DNA of 64,000 bases from Spirochaetota bacterium (lineage in GTDB: Bacteria > Spirochaetota > UBA4802 > JAFGJZ01), in contig JAFGRW010000054.1 of assembly GCA_016934935.1 (NCBI GenBank), positions 106,668 through 170,667 on the forward strand. Direction: 5' to 3'. The translations under genes were made by a program, and so were the position numbers. This document shows, one piece after another, positions 50,332 to 60,720 of the stretch (the first letter of the stretch is position 1; the number at the start of each line of letters is the position of its first letter). Below the pieces are notes generated by a model. The model worked only from the letters and a program-made list of their open reading frames with translations. It searched no databases and had not been told where the DNA came from.

Positions 50332-50698
50332 ATTGTCATCATACCGAAAAGAAAAGCTTGAAGAGTTGATAAAAAGGTTAGTTGCAGATCTTTTATTAAA
50401 AGAGATAAAAGATAGTCGAATTGGGTTTATTTCCATTTCAAGAGTAGAAATTTCAAAGGATTACAGTAGTGCTAATGTGTTTTTTTCGGTTTTAGGCAGT
50501 GAAAAAAATATTAAAGACTCATTTTTCGGCCTTGAGTCGGCAAAAGGGTTTATACGCAAAAAAATTGGTAAAAGTCTGAAATTAAGGTATATTCCTGATT
50601 TAAAATTTGTTTATGATGATTCAGTAGCGGAAGGAGTAAATCTGGTAAACCTTATTGACAAGGTAAACGCTCCCAAAGCAGATAGTCCGGATGAATAA
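50324..50698 (+). CDS. rbfA: Ribosome-binding factor A
   Basis: KD.RIG, S.DYS.A.V, GFIR and LRYIPDLKF.YD motifs. Confidence 0.93.
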   Translation: MIKLSSYRKEKLEELIKRLVADLLLKEIKDSRIGFISISRVEISKDYSSANVFFSVLGSEKNIKDSFFGLESAKGFIRKKIGKSLKLRYIPDLKFVYDDSVAEGVNLVNLIDKVNAPKADSPDE

Positions 50699-51596
50699 AA
50701 CGGCTTTCAATGATAAAGTTATACTTATCGACAAACAGAAAGGTTTAACTTCTTTTGATACAATATCACGGCTAAAAAAAAAAGTCGGGATTAAAAAAAT
50801 CGGTCATTCAGGAACTCTTGATCGTTTGGCTTCCGGTCTTCTGGTAGTTGCGACAGGAAAAGCCACAAAATTAACCAGATATTTTCTGGATTCTGATAAG
50901 ACTTACAATGCGGTAGTTCAGCTCGGTATAGTTACCGATACACTTGATGCCGATGGAACTGTTGTTAGTTCTGCCGGTGTCACTGCTGAGCATATGGCGG
51001 GGGTAAGTGCCGTTCTCGATTCATTTGTCGGGAAAATAGAACAGGTACCTCCACTATATTCCGCGTTGAAAATAGATGGGAAAAGAGTGTCCGATCGCGT
51101 ACGCGACGGTGAAGCTCTAACTTTGGGGTCAAGATCTGTAAATGTGTATTCCATAGATCTGATAAGTACTGATCCCGTCAGAAGCACTTTTGAAATGAGG
51201 GTGCAGTGCTCAAAAGGAACTTATATTCGTTCTTTGGCGCGTGATATCGGACAAAAGCTAGGGTGCGGAGCTTCCATACTGGAGCTTCGTAGAACAGCTT
51301 CCGGTGAATTTTCGGTAGAGCAAGCAGTTTCTGTGGAGAATGTCTCGGCCGATGCTGATGAGCGGAATTATATTGTAACAATTGAGTCTGCGTTAAAATT
51401 CATGAATCAGGTTACAGTCGATAAGAGTGCTGTAACACGTATTATGAATGGAGCCTGGTTTGACGAGGGATCGCTTCTGTCTGTTGATAACCGTGGTTCG
51501 GATTACTGCGCGGTATCTGACGGTAAAATGGTTCTTGCAATAGCAAAGATCAATTTTAACGATTGGCACGTTGTTTATGAAAACGTGTTTAACTAA
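50691..51596 (+). CDS. truB: tRNA pseudouridine(55) synthase
   Basis: GHSGTLD, TDTLDADG, PPLYSALK and CSKGTYIRSLARD motifs. Confidence 0.95.
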   Translation: MNKTAFNDKVILIDKQKGLTSFDTISRLKKKVGIKKIGHSGTLDRLASGLLVVATGKATKLTRYFLDSDKTYNAVVQLGIVTDTLDADGTVVSSAGVTAEHMAGVSAVLDSFVGKIEQVPPLYSALKIDGKRVSDRVRDGEALTLGSRSVNVYSIDLISTDPVRSTFEMRVQCSKGTYIRSLARDIGQKLGCGASILELRRTASGEFSVEQAVSVENVSADADERNYIVTIESALKFMNQVTVDKSAVTRIMNGAWFDEGSLLSVDNRGSDYCAVSDGKMVLAIAKINFNDWHVVYENVFN

Positions 51597-51780
51597 AAAA
51601 GGAGCGCTTTGTCGGGTAATTATAAATGTGTTATCCGGGTTTGCGTTGTCCCTGTATATATTTTTTCTCTGAATATCGCGTTTAGCGTATGTGGGGTTTT
51701 GATATATACAAAAAATTGGGCGGTTAATAAATTTTTAACTGCTATGATAAAATTATCTATAACTATTTGGAGAAAACAAA

Positions 51781-52038
51781 ATGAAAGAAAAAAAAGAAGT
51801 AATCACACCTTATAAAAGACATGATTCTGACACCGGTTCTCCGGAGGTTCAAATTGCTCTTTTAACTGAAAGAATTAATCATCTTACAGAACATTTTAAA
51901 GTACATAAAAAGGATTTTCATTCCAGAAGAGGCTTACTGAAAATGGTCGGTCAGCGCAGAAGGTTATTGGATTACCTTAAAAAGAAAGATCTCGGCAAAT
52001 ACAGAGAGCTGATTGCGTCACTAGGTATTAGAAAGTAA
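51781..52038 (+). CDS. rpsO: 30S ribosomal protein S15
   Basis: [13 protein letters not shown] and [25 protein letters not shown] motifs. Confidence 0.97.
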   Translation: MKEKKEVITPYKRHDSDTGSPEVQIALLTERINHLTEHFKVHKKDFHSRRGLLKMVGQRRRLLDYLKKKDLGKYRELIASLGIRK

Positions 52039-52064
52039 TTTTGCCGAATACAAGGAGTTACACA

Positions 52065-54149
52065 ATGTCTCATGATTATGAAGTTGAAGTAGGCGGCAAA
52101 AAAATAATATTTAGTACTGGTGAAATGGCAAAACAAGCGCATGGTTCAGTTACTGTGCGTCTTGGTGATACCATGATACTTGCTACAGCAGTTGCTGCTC
52201 CAAGCGCAAGTGAGGGACGTGATTTTTTCCCATTGCAAATTGAATACAAAGAAAAATATTATGCTTCGGGTAGAATTCCCGGTGGATATGTGAAAAGAGA
52301 GGGGCGTCCCGGGGACCATGAAATATTGATCTGTCGTATTACTGACCGACCTTTGCGCCCACTATTCCCCAAAGATTTCTTGAACGAAGTACAAATAGCC
52401 ATTACCGTTATTTCATCAGATAAAAAGGAGTTGGCCGATGTACTTGCAATAAATGGAGCTTCGGCTGCTCTTTCAATATCAGGTATTCCTTTCCATGGCC
52501 CGGTTGGTGCTGTGCGTATAGGGCGCATAGATGGAAATTTTTTTGTAAATCCCACGGTGGTTCAAACAGAGGAGAGCGATATTGATCTAATGGTTGCCGG
52601 GACAGAGCGTGCGGTTACCATGATTGAAGGATCATCCAAAAATATTTCAGAAGCCGATATGCTAGCTGCCGTTGAATGTGCCCACGAGAATATCAAAATT
52701 ATCTGTGCAGCACAGAAACAGCTTATGGAAAAACATGCTAAGCCGTTTATGGAGTATAAGCCGAAAGAAAAAAACAACGAGTTAGAATCGATAGTTAGAG
52801 AGAAGTATTACGCTGAAGTTGAAGCATTGATGAATATTCACATGAAAAAAGAGCGTGAAGCTGCCTATAACGCAATAGTTGAAAAGGCAAAGGCAGAACT
52901 TGAAGAGCGTTTTTGTGATGATATTGGTGAAGTTGAACCTATTATTCATGATATGGATAAAGATGTGGTGCGTCAGGCCATACTTGATGGAAAACGAACT
53001 GATGGCAGATCTCACGATCAAATACGCCCGATTACTATAAGAACCAGTGTTCTTCCCGGAGCTCACGGTTCTGCCCTTTTTACACGTGGTGAAACTCAAA
53101 GTCTGGGTACTGTAACTTTGGGTACCGAAAAAGATTCAATGCGTATTGATTCAATGAATGGTGATGCAAACCGTTATTTCTTTTTACATTATAACTTTCC
53201 TCCATATTCCGTGGGAGAGTGTGGACGTTTCGGTGGTACCGGACGACGTGAGATCGGTCATGGAATGCTGGCAGAACGAGCATTAACTTATGCTATTCCT
53301 GATATTAAGGATTTTCCTTATACTGTTAGAGTAGTATCTGAAATTCTTGAATCTAATGGATCATCATCTATGGCGTCTATCTGCTCAGGTTCACTAGCTC
53401 TTTATGACGCGGGTGTAAAAACGAAGTCACCGATTGCGGGTATTGCCATGGGACTTGTTCTTGAAGGTGATCGCCATGCTGTCTTGTCTGATATTCAGGG
53501 GTTGGAAGATCATCTTGGAGATATGGATTTCAAAGTTGCTGGAACAGAAGATGGTATCACTGCGTTTCAGCTGGATATCAAGATTGAAGGTATAACATCT
53601 GAAATTATGCGAGAAGCACTGGAGCAAGCTCGTAAAGGACGTCTTCATATCCTTTCCGAGATGAGTAAGGCTCTGCCTGTACCTCGCGAAGAGCTAAAAC
53701 CGAATGCTCCACGTATCAGTGAGATTAAGATCCCTACTGATAAAATAGGTGAACTAATTGGTACTGGTGGTAAAAACATCAAGGGTATCATAGAAGAGAC
53801 AGGTTCGGAAATCAATGTGAGTGAGGATGGTACAGTTAGGATATATTCTTCAGATCAGAGTATACTTAATGCCACAAAAGAGCTTGTTGAGCGTTCTATT
53901 GCTGAAGTTGAAAAAATGAAGATTTATGAGGGTACTGTTAAGCGTATAGCCGATTTTGGAGCTTTCGTTGAAATTTTGCCCGGTAAAGAGGGATTGCTGC
54001 ATATATCCAAAATTGACCACAAACGGATCAAGCAGGTTACCGATGTCTTACAAGTTGGAGACAAGGTCAAGGTCAAGGTTATGAATGTTGATAAAGGTGG
54101 CCGTATGGATCTAAGCCGTAAGGATGCACTTCCACCGGAATCGGAGTGA
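52065..54149 (+). CDS. pnp: Polyribonucleotide nucleotidyltransferase
   Basis: DFFPL, FTRGETQ, RREIGHG, SNGSSSMAS and GDMDFKVAGT motifs; KH and S1 domains. AGGAG RBS. Confidence 0.97.
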   Translation: MSHDYEVEVGGKKIIFSTGEMAKQAHGSVTVRLGDTMILATAVAAPSASEGRDFFPLQIEYKEKYYASGRIPGGYVKREGRPGDHEILICRITDRPLRPLFPKDFLNEVQIAITVISSDKKELADVLAINGASAALSISGIPFHGPVGAVRIGRIDGNFFVNPTVVQTEESDIDLMVAGTERAVTMIEGSSKNISEADMLAAVECAHENIKIICAAQKQLMEKHAKPFMEYKPKEKNNELESIVREKYYAEVEALMNIHMKKEREAAYNAIVEKAKAELEERFCDDIGEVEPIIHDMDKDVVRQAILDGKRTDGRSHDQIRPITIRTSVLPGAHGSALFTRGETQSLGTVTLGTEKDSMRIDSMNGDANRYFFLHYNFPPYSVGECGRFGGTGRREIGHGMLAERALTYAIPDIKDFPYTVRVVSEILESNGSSSMASICSGSLALYDAGVKTKSPIAGIAMGLVLEGDRHAVLSDIQGLEDHLGDMDFKVAGTEDGITAFQLDIKIEGITSEIMREALEQARKGRLHILSEMSKALPVPREELKPNAPRISEIKIPTDKIGELIGTGGKNIKGIIEETGSEINVSEDGTVRIYSSDQSILNATKELVERSIAEVEKMKIYEGTVKRIADFGAFVEILPGKEGLLHISKIDHKRIKQVTDVLQVGDKVKVKVMNVDKGGRMDLSRKDALPPESE

Positions 54150-54162
54150 TGTTATCAGTACG

Positions 54163-55431
54163 ATGAAAAGATATACTCTTGCGAACGGCCTTGTTGTAAT
54201 TTTGCAGCCCATAGAGCATGCAGTATCGGCTTCAGTTGGTCTTTGGGTTAAAACGGGATCGCGAGATGAATTGCCTGAACAGTATGGATATGCTCACTTT
54301 GTTGAGCATATGCTGTTTAAGGGAACTCCTCGATATACCGCAAAAGAGTTGGCTCAGCTTGTTGATCGCATCGGCGGTCAGCATAATGCGGCCACAAATA
54401 AAGAATATACATGCTACTATTTGAATGTAGTATCAGATTATTGTGTAACCGCTGTAGATGTTCTTGCTGATATGTTTTATAACCCCCTTTTTATTGATGC
54501 AGAAATCGAAAAAGAGAAGGGTGTTGTAATTGAAGAGATTGGCATGTACGAAGACACTCCGGATGAGCATATTCATGATCTTTTTACTTCTGTAATGTTT
54601 AACGGACACCCTCTAGCTCATCTAATATTGGGAACCAATGAAAGCGTTTCCACAATTTCACGGGATACTATAACTTCATTTTATAATTCCTGTTACGGTA
54701 CCGGCAATAGCGTACTTGTTGTTGCCGGTTGCTTCGATTTGGAAGAGATTACTTTGAAAATTGAAGAGTGTTTTGCGCAAAAAAGGGGATATGAAAAGAA
54801 TATTGACCTCTCTTCTGTTTATTCTCAAATGAATACTGAGCGGATATACCGGCACCATGTGGATAGGGAACTTGAACAGGTTCATTTTTGTCTAGGTGTT
54901 GACGGCTATAAAAAACAGGTTGCAGACAGATGGGCTCTTTATCTTGTTAGTACAATACTTGGTGGGAGCATGTCTTCCCGTCTCTTCCAGAGGGTACGTG
55001 AAGATGAAGGACTCTGTTATTCCGTTTATAGTTTTCATTCTTCTTACAGAGATACCGGAGCTTTTGGTGTATATTGCGGCACATCTTCTGAAAAGTATGA
55101 AAGGGCACTTAAACTTATACTTGACGAACTGGATATTATTGTTAATAAGGGTATAAGCGAGAGTGAGCTGGATGATGCAAAAAGATTTATGAAAGGTAAT
55201 CTTGCACTTTCACTTGAAAGCATTGAAGTCCGAATGGGGCAGCTTGCTCGGGATGAGATACATTACGGATCTTTTAGTTCTTATGACGATATAGTAAAAA
55301 ATATTTTTTCTGTTACAACGGCTGATTTTGACAGAGTTGTGCGGGATCTTTTTAATAATAAGCGAATTTCATTGGTTTCAATCGGAAATAAAGTAAAGTA
55401 CGACGACAGGCCGCTTTATATCGGTCAATAA
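54163..55431 (+). CDS. M16 family zinc peptidase
   Basis: GSRDE, AHFVEHMLFKGT (HxxEH) and GGSMSSRLFQ motifs. Typical position after pnp. Confidence 0.92.
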   Translation: MKRYTLANGLVVILQPIEHAVSASVGLWVKTGSRDELPEQYGYAHFVEHMLFKGTPRYTAKELAQLVDRIGGQHNAATNKEYTCYYLNVVSDYCVTAVDVLADMFYNPLFIDAEIEKEKGVVIEEIGMYEDTPDEHIHDLFTSVMFNGHPLAHLILGTNESVSTISRDTITSFYNSCYGTGNSVLVVAGCFDLEEITLKIEECFAQKRGYEKNIDLSSVYSQMNTERIYRHHVDRELEQVHFCLGVDGYKKQVADRWALYLVSTILGGSMSSRLFQRVREDEGLCYSVYSFHSSYRDTGAFGVYCGTSSEKYERALKLILDELDIIVNKGISESELDDAKRFMKGNLALSLESIEVRMGQLARDEIHYGSFSSYDDIVKNIFSVTTADFDRVVRDLFNNKRISLVSIGNKVKYDDRPLYIGQ

Positions 55432-55440
55432 TGAGGAATA

Positions 55441-55848
55441 ATGGCACCAAGAATTGACAGTTTAAACAGTACAATAGGCGATGGATCGGTTTTTGAAGGT
55501 AAATTTTATATAAATGGATCTTTAAAAATTGATGGAAAGTTTGAGGGTGAAATTAAGACTGATGAGGAACTTGTTGTTGGTGAAACCGGCAAGGTCAGGA
55601 CAAATATAGAAGCCAAATCGGTTACAGTTGCCGGTACAGTTATAGGTAATATTAAAGCACTTAATGAGGTTAGGCTTCTTGAAACGGCAAAGGTTCTTGG
55701 TGATATAGAGGCTCCTAATGTTTCAGTACAGAAAGGTGTTGTATTAACAGGACGTATAAATATTTGTGGCGAATATAAAAAAGATTTGGAAAAGGTCGTG
55801 GAAGATTCATATAACTCGACTCCTTTGGAAAAATATAAAAAACAGTAA
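55441..55848 (+). CDS. Bactofilin (polymer-forming cytoskeletal protein)
   Basis: TIG.GS.FEG, LKIDGKFEGEI, VVGETG.V and V.G.V.GNI repeats. Confidence 0.9.
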   Translation: MAPRIDSLNSTIGDGSVFEGKFYINGSLKIDGKFEGEIKTDEELVVGETGKVRTNIEAKSVTVAGTVIGNIKALNEVRLLETAKVLGDIEAPNVSVQKGVVLTGRINICGEYKKDLEKVVEDSYNSTPLEKYKKQ

Positions 55849-55965
55849 TAATAAGGCGTGATATAAATCGGATATTGCACTTTTTTCCAACCGAATGGAC
55901 GGATTTTAAAAAAAGTGCACAAATTTTGAAGAAGTGCCGATATATACGGTATACGGTATAAATAT

Positions 55966-56964
55966 ATGCAGAAATTTACAATACGAAAACTCTCTGTTTC
56001 CCGAATCCATAACGAGATTATGTTTGTTTATCGTGGAAAGGAAAACATATATGTTAAGAAGTTTACATTTAGTGTAAATCGTCTGTATCACCGTTTGCTC
56101 TATTTTGCCGGAGCTTCAGTTTTGACTATTGCCCTGGTAATTGCCCTGCCTTTCGGAGGAAAGAACGCCGATTCGAGCACACCAGAAGATGAAGAGCTTA
56201 AAAATGATATTCTTCTTTCAGATGAGACTGATTTTACAGAACAGGATAAACGTAAGCCATTGGCTGTACAGATTTATAAAGTGCAACAGGGAGATACTCT
56301 AAGTGAAATTGCGGCAAAGTTTGGAGTATCAACTGATACAATCTGTGGATCGAGTGGTCTTACTTCTTATGATTTTCTAAAAATAGGTCAGGTTTTGAAG
56401 ATACCAGATCGAGACGGTATGCTTGTAACCGTTAAAGAAGGCGAAAAGTTAATAGATATTGCTCAAAAGTACAAGATTCCTGTTGAAAATATTATGGCTC
56501 ATAATCAGCTGTTAAACCCTGACTTTTTGCCTGTTGGGTATGATATTTTTCTTCCCGATGCCAAGCCGCAAAATATAATAAAGGGTTTTATGTGGCCAAC
56601 ATTCTCACGTAGAATTACTTCGGCATATGGTTGGCGAATTCATCCGATAAGTGGTCGACGTCAGTTTCATCATGGAGTTGATATTCGTTCTCGGTATCAA
56701 GATATAAAAGCGGCCAAATATGGCAAAGTAACTTTCGCAGGCTCGATGGGGGGGTATGGCCGTGCAATCATCATAGCTCACCCAGGCAATCAAAAGACAT
56801 TATATGCGCATTTGTCAAAATTATATGTTAAATCCGGCCAATATGTACGCCAAGGACAAATGATTGCGCGTAGTGGCAACTCCGGTTATTCAGCTGGTCC
56901 TCACCTCCATTTTGAAATAATTGAAAATGGTAAACATATAAATCCGAGACGTCATCTCAAATAA
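55966..56964 (+). CDS. LysM-LysM-M23 peptidoglycan peptidase
   Basis: YKVQQGDTLSEIA LysM repeats; HHGVD, YAHL and GPHLHFEI motifs. Confidence 0.9.
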   Translation: MQKFTIRKLSVSRIHNEIMFVYRGKENIYVKKFTFSVNRLYHRLLYFAGASVLTIALVIALPFGGKNADSSTPEDEELKNDILLSDETDFTEQDKRKPLAVQIYKVQQGDTLSEIAAKFGVSTDTICGSSGLTSYDFLKIGQVLKIPDRDGMLVTVKEGEKLIDIAQKYKIPVENIMAHNQLLNPDFLPVGYDIFLPDAKPQNIIKGFMWPTFSRRITSAYGWRIHPISGRRQFHHGVDIRSRYQDIKAAKYGKVTFAGSMGGYGRAIIIAHPGNQKTLYAHLSKLYVKSGQYVRQGQMIARSGNSGYSAGPHLHFEIIENGKHINPRRHLK

Positions 56965-57100
56965 TCTTTGCTTGTGACTGTTTATAATTGCGTGTCATAA
57001 GAAAAAAATACTTGCTTCAATTAACCTCTCCTTTAAAGAATCTAAAAACAAAGCAGTTATGCTATTTTCTTATCTAATTATATTTTTCCGGAGATAAAAA

Positions 57101-59176
57101 ATGTGGAATCGTATTAATTTCTTACTCGAGATAGGTTCGGAAGAAATTCCTGCCGGTTATATATCGCCTGCCTGCCAAGTGTACAGCGATTTGTTTAAAA
57201 AAAAGTTTAATGATGCTTCAATAAAATTTGGTGCGATTCATACATTTGCTACTCCCAGAAGAATGGTTATAGCCATTGAAGAGCTTGCGGATAAGCAGTT
57301 AAGTGAAACTGTTGAGGTGCGTGGGCCGGCCGTAGAGAAGGCTTTTGATGATAACGGTAAACCTACAAAAGCTCTGGAAGGTTTCTTAAAAGCTAGCGGT
57401 GCGACAATTGATGATATTGATAAACGTGATACCGGTAAAGGTATTTATGTGTTTGTCAATAAAACAACACAGGCTGGAAAGACTGTTGATTTGTTGCCGT
57501 CAATGATTGAAGAAATAATTGGTTCTGCCAATTTTCCAAAAAAGATGAAATGGAGCAATAAGTCAATATCTTACCCTCGACCTTTGCGATACCTGCTTAC
57601 ACTATTTAATGATAAATGTGTTGAATACTCAATTGACGGTATAAATTCCAATAATAAGACCCGTGGACATTATATTCAGCATAATGAAATGATAGAGGTT
57701 GCATCCATAGCTGGATATCCTGATCTATTGAAGAAAAATGGAGTTATTCTTGATCAGCAAGAACGTAAACAGATCATAAAAAATGCTTTAGTAGACACAG
57801 CGAAATCTTTGGAAGCTGTGTTGATAGAAGATGAAGAACTATTTGAGACAGTAACATATTTAGTTGAAGACGTGAATATAGTTGTTTGTTCTTTTGATAA
57901 AGAATTTTTACAAATCCCGGATATCGTTTTGATAGCAGAGATGAAAGAACATCAAAAGTATTTTGCTTTAAGACAGAAAGATGGATCTTTGCTCAACCGG
58001 TTTTGTGTTGTGAGTAATAACCCTGCTACAGATTTTGTTAAAGAAGGTAACGAGCGTGTAATTGCAGCCCGATTTAGTGATGCTGAATTTTTTTATAAAG
58101 AAGACCGTAAGCATAAACTTGCCGACAAGGTTGATATGTTAAAGAGTGTTCTGTTTCATAAAGACCTCGGTTCTGTATATGATAAGGTTGAACGTGTTAG
58201 AGCTGTTTCTCGAGAGTTTGTTAAGCGATTGAATATTGATAAAAATATAGCAGATAAGATTGATAGGGCTGTCACGCTATGTAAAGCAGATCTTAATACC
58301 TCTATGGTTTTCGAATTTACCTCTCTACAGGGTAAAATTGGAGCTATTTATGCCTTGTTAGATGGTGAAGATTCTGATGTGGCCTCTGCGATTGATAATC
58401 ATTACAGGCCTCGCTTTCAAGGAGATGAAAAACCTTCTGATATAATATCGTGCGTGTTGTCTCTCTCCGAGAAAGTTGATAATCTTTTTGGTGCCTGGTC
58501 GGTTGGTAATGTACCTAAAGGATCACAGGATCCATATGCTTTACGTCGACAAGCGTATGCTATAGTGGATCTTTTGATTTACAATAAGATAAATGTTGAT
58601 TTGAATAATCTTTTTGAAGTGATTGCTTCAAATTATAAAGATGGCGCCCAGTTAATTGAGCCAATACTGGAATTTATTTCTGTAAGAGCCAAAACCCGTT
58701 TTCAGGAAGACAACATCCAGTATGATGAAATAGACGCTGTTTTAACTACAGGCTCGCGGGATTATTATGAATTGTATAATAGAGCAGCCAGTATTCATGA
58801 ATTTCGTTCCAGAAATGATTTTTCAAAGATGCTTGCCAGTTTCAAGAGAATGAATAATATTATTACGTCATATTTAAAAAAGAACAAGGATTATCAATTC
58901 GGTTTCGACAGAAATAAATGTTCGACAGGACAAGAGGAAGCATTAGTTGATTATTTTCTGGATAAGAAAGATATTATATCAGATTTATCTTCAAAACATG
59001 AGTATACTAAGATATTTGAACTACTGATAGGTGCTGCGGGAATTATTGATGATTTTTTTGATAACGTCATGGTAATTGATGAAGATCCGGTAAAAAGAGA
59101 TTTGCGACTTGGCTTATTAAACGAAATTTTAATGCTATTTTCTGCATTTATCGATTTTTCGCGAATATCAGATTAG
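57101..59176 (+). CDS. glyS: Glycine--tRNA ligase beta subunit
   Basis: LLEIGSEEIP, TPRR, HQKYF, GNERVI.AR..DA.FF, KADL..MV.EF..LQG and GSQDPYALRR motifs. Confidence 0.93.
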   Translation: MWNRINFLLEIGSEEIPAGYISPACQVYSDLFKKKFNDASIKFGAIHTFATPRRMVIAIEELADKQLSETVEVRGPAVEKAFDDNGKPTKALEGFLKASGATIDDIDKRDTGKGIYVFVNKTTQAGKTVDLLPSMIEEIIGSANFPKKMKWSNKSISYPRPLRYLLTLFNDKCVEYSIDGINSNNKTRGHYIQHNEMIEVASIAGYPDLLKKNGVILDQQERKQIIKNALVDTAKSLEAVLIEDEELFETVTYLVEDVNIVVCSFDKEFLQIPDIVLIAEMKEHQKYFALRQKDGSLLNRFCVVSNNPATDFVKEGNERVIAARFSDAEFFYKEDRKHKLADKVDMLKSVLFHKDLGSVYDKVERVRAVSREFVKRLNIDKNIADKIDRAVTLCKADLNTSMVFEFTSLQGKIGAIYALLDGEDSDVASAIDNHYRPRFQGDEKPSDIISCVLSLSEKVDNLFGAWSVGNVPKGSQDPYALRRQAYAIVDLLIYNKINVDLNNLFEVIASNYKDGAQLIEPILEFISVRAKTRFQEDNIQYDEIDAVLTTGSRDYYELYNRAASIHEFRSRNDFSKMLASFKRMNNIITSYLKKNKDYQFGFDRNKCSTGQEEALVDYFLDKKDIISDLSSKHEYTKIFELLIGAAGIIDDFFDNVMVIDEDPVKRDLRLGLLNEILMLFSAFIDFSRISD

Positions 59177-59180
59177 TTCT

Positions 59181-59714
59181 GTGACAACAGATAATAATGC
59201 AAATGGCAGAGTTCATGCTTATGTAGGTAACGGTAAGGGTAAAACTACCGCCGCCTGTGGTTTAATGATGAGAACTGCCGGTTATGGCAAATTAGCTGTG
59301 ATGGTACAGTTTTTAAAAAAAAGACAAACAGGTGAGTCCATGTTTGCCGGCTGGACAGATAATATAGTTATACGTCAATTTGGGACTGATGACTTTTATC
59401 GGCCAGGGAAGTCTGATATATTGCTTTACAGAAAATTGTGCAGGCAGGGGCTTGATTTCGCTATTGAGAAGTCTGTAGATGCTTCTTTGATAGTTCTTGA
59501 TGAGGTTTTAGATGCTGTCGATTATGGGCTTGTTGTGATAGATGATCTTTTTTATTTGCTTCATGATTGTACCTTAAATGGGACAGAGATTGTTCTTACC
59601 GGGCGGAAGGTTGATGATACATTGGCAAATCATTGTGATTTAATAACTGAAATGACAAGTGTGCGTCACTACTATGATAAAGGTATAAGTGCTCGAGAGG
59701 GTGTGGAGTTCTGA
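59181..59714 (+). CDS. cobO: Cob(I)yrinic acid a,c-diamide adenosyltransferase (CobA/CobO/BtuR family)
   Basis: GNGKGKTTAA.G, QFLK, LDE, VLTGR, DLITEM and GVEF motifs. Confidence 0.88.
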   Translation: MTTDNNANGRVHAYVGNGKGKTTAACGLMMRTAGYGKLAVMVQFLKKRQTGESMFAGWTDNIVIRQFGTDDFYRPGKSDILLYRKLCRQGLDFAIEKSVDASLIVLDEVLDAVDYGLVVIDDLFYLLHDCTLNGTEIVLTGRKVDDTLANHCDLITEMTSVRHYYDKGISAREGVEF

Positions 59715-60697
59715 TGCGGCTGCTTCTGGTTGAAAATGAGTTTAGCGAGTTGTCTTCATTCTTGAATACGCACGGTTATGGAGTTGAGAGGACTTCTGCT
59801 TCTTCATTTTTTGATATGCTTAAGGTGAGACAAGATTTTAATTTTATAGTATTGTACATGGAGGAATGTGATAAGGAGACTGCTTCACTAATTATCTCTT
59901 ATTGTTTGAATAATTCACTATGCTTTGTTATTGTCTCTTCTGTTTTCACAGATGAATTAGCTTCATGGTTAAAGGAACATGGTGTAGCCAGGTTTGTAAC
60001 TGTTGACGAAATTTTCAGGAATTCGCAAATTTTTCGTTTTGTTTCAGCATACGATGATATTGAGCAGTTGAGAATAGTACATCTTGGTTCTGATCTAGCC
60101 AGTCACAGGATAATTGAATCTATAAGCAATAGTTATGGAGTTTATTACATTTGGGTAAATGATGAGAAGTCACTAATCGATAATGTAGATTGTTCCACTG
60201 ATATGGTTCTACTGGATCTTGGCTGTGTGGATTTTGACACACAGCATTTTTTACACAAGGCTCTGTATAACCGTGATTTTCTTAAGACAATATGTGTACC
60301 ATTCTCTTTTAACGGAGATATATCTATTACTGATATCAACTGCGGTTTAAACAGGTTAGCTAAAGTTTTCCTTAATCTTGATGAGTTGTTGGGGTTTCTT
60401 GCAAGATATTATCATGAACGAGAACTTGTTTGCGCTATGCATGCACTGAAAGAGTTTGTACAGAAATACTGCGAAGATGGTTGTCTGTCAAAGAGTTCTC
60501 TTCAAGTTTATCATGAAAAGGGTGATTCGTTTTTTGAACATTTTTTGCCAGATGATGACTATTTTGAAGGTATGCGTGAACGATCGCAACGCTTGAACGC
60601 AGTTGGTTATAAATCCAGCATGTTCAGATGGCTTCTTTCAGGTTGGAGCCGTGGAAAAAACGGATCTCAAAATGTTTATATGCAGATTCGTGATTAG
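59714..60697 (+). CDS. Hypothetical protein with two divergent receiver-like domains
   Basis: MRLLLVENE...FNFIVLY and LRIVHLGSD...DMVLLDL patterns. Confidence 0.55.
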   Translation: MRLLLVENEFSELSSFLNTHGYGVERTSASSFFDMLKVRQDFNFIVLYMEECDKETASLIISYCLNNSLCFVIVSSVFTDELASWLKEHGVARFVTVDEIFRNSQIFRFVSAYDDIEQLRIVHLGSDLASHRIIESISNSYGVYYIWVNDEKSLIDNVDCSTDMVLLDLGCVDFDTQHFLHKALYNRDFLKTICVPFSFNGDISITDINCGLNRLAKVFLNLDELLGFLARYYHERELVCAMHALKEFVQKYCEDGCLSKSSLQVYHEKGDSFFEHFLPDDDYFEGMRERSQRLNAVGYKSSMFRWLLSGWSRGKNGSQNVYMQIRD

Positions 60698-60720
60698 TTG
60701 AATGATAAGTATGATTTTTC

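Noticed and set aside
51609-51815. 68-aa ORF between truB and rpsO with an AAGGAG RBS
   Set aside because: No RibF or other motif, and it overlaps rpsO out of frame. It is better explained as a structured leader, although a uORF is not excluded.
46315-55156. Numerous antisense or alternate-frame ORFs within nusA, infB, truB, pnp and the M16 gene
   Set aside because: Shadow ORFs of conserved genes with no RBS or motifs.
55876-55919. 11-bp A/T-rich stem between bactofilin and the M23 gene
   Set aside because: Mostly homopolymer pairing; likely an ordinary terminator or chance.
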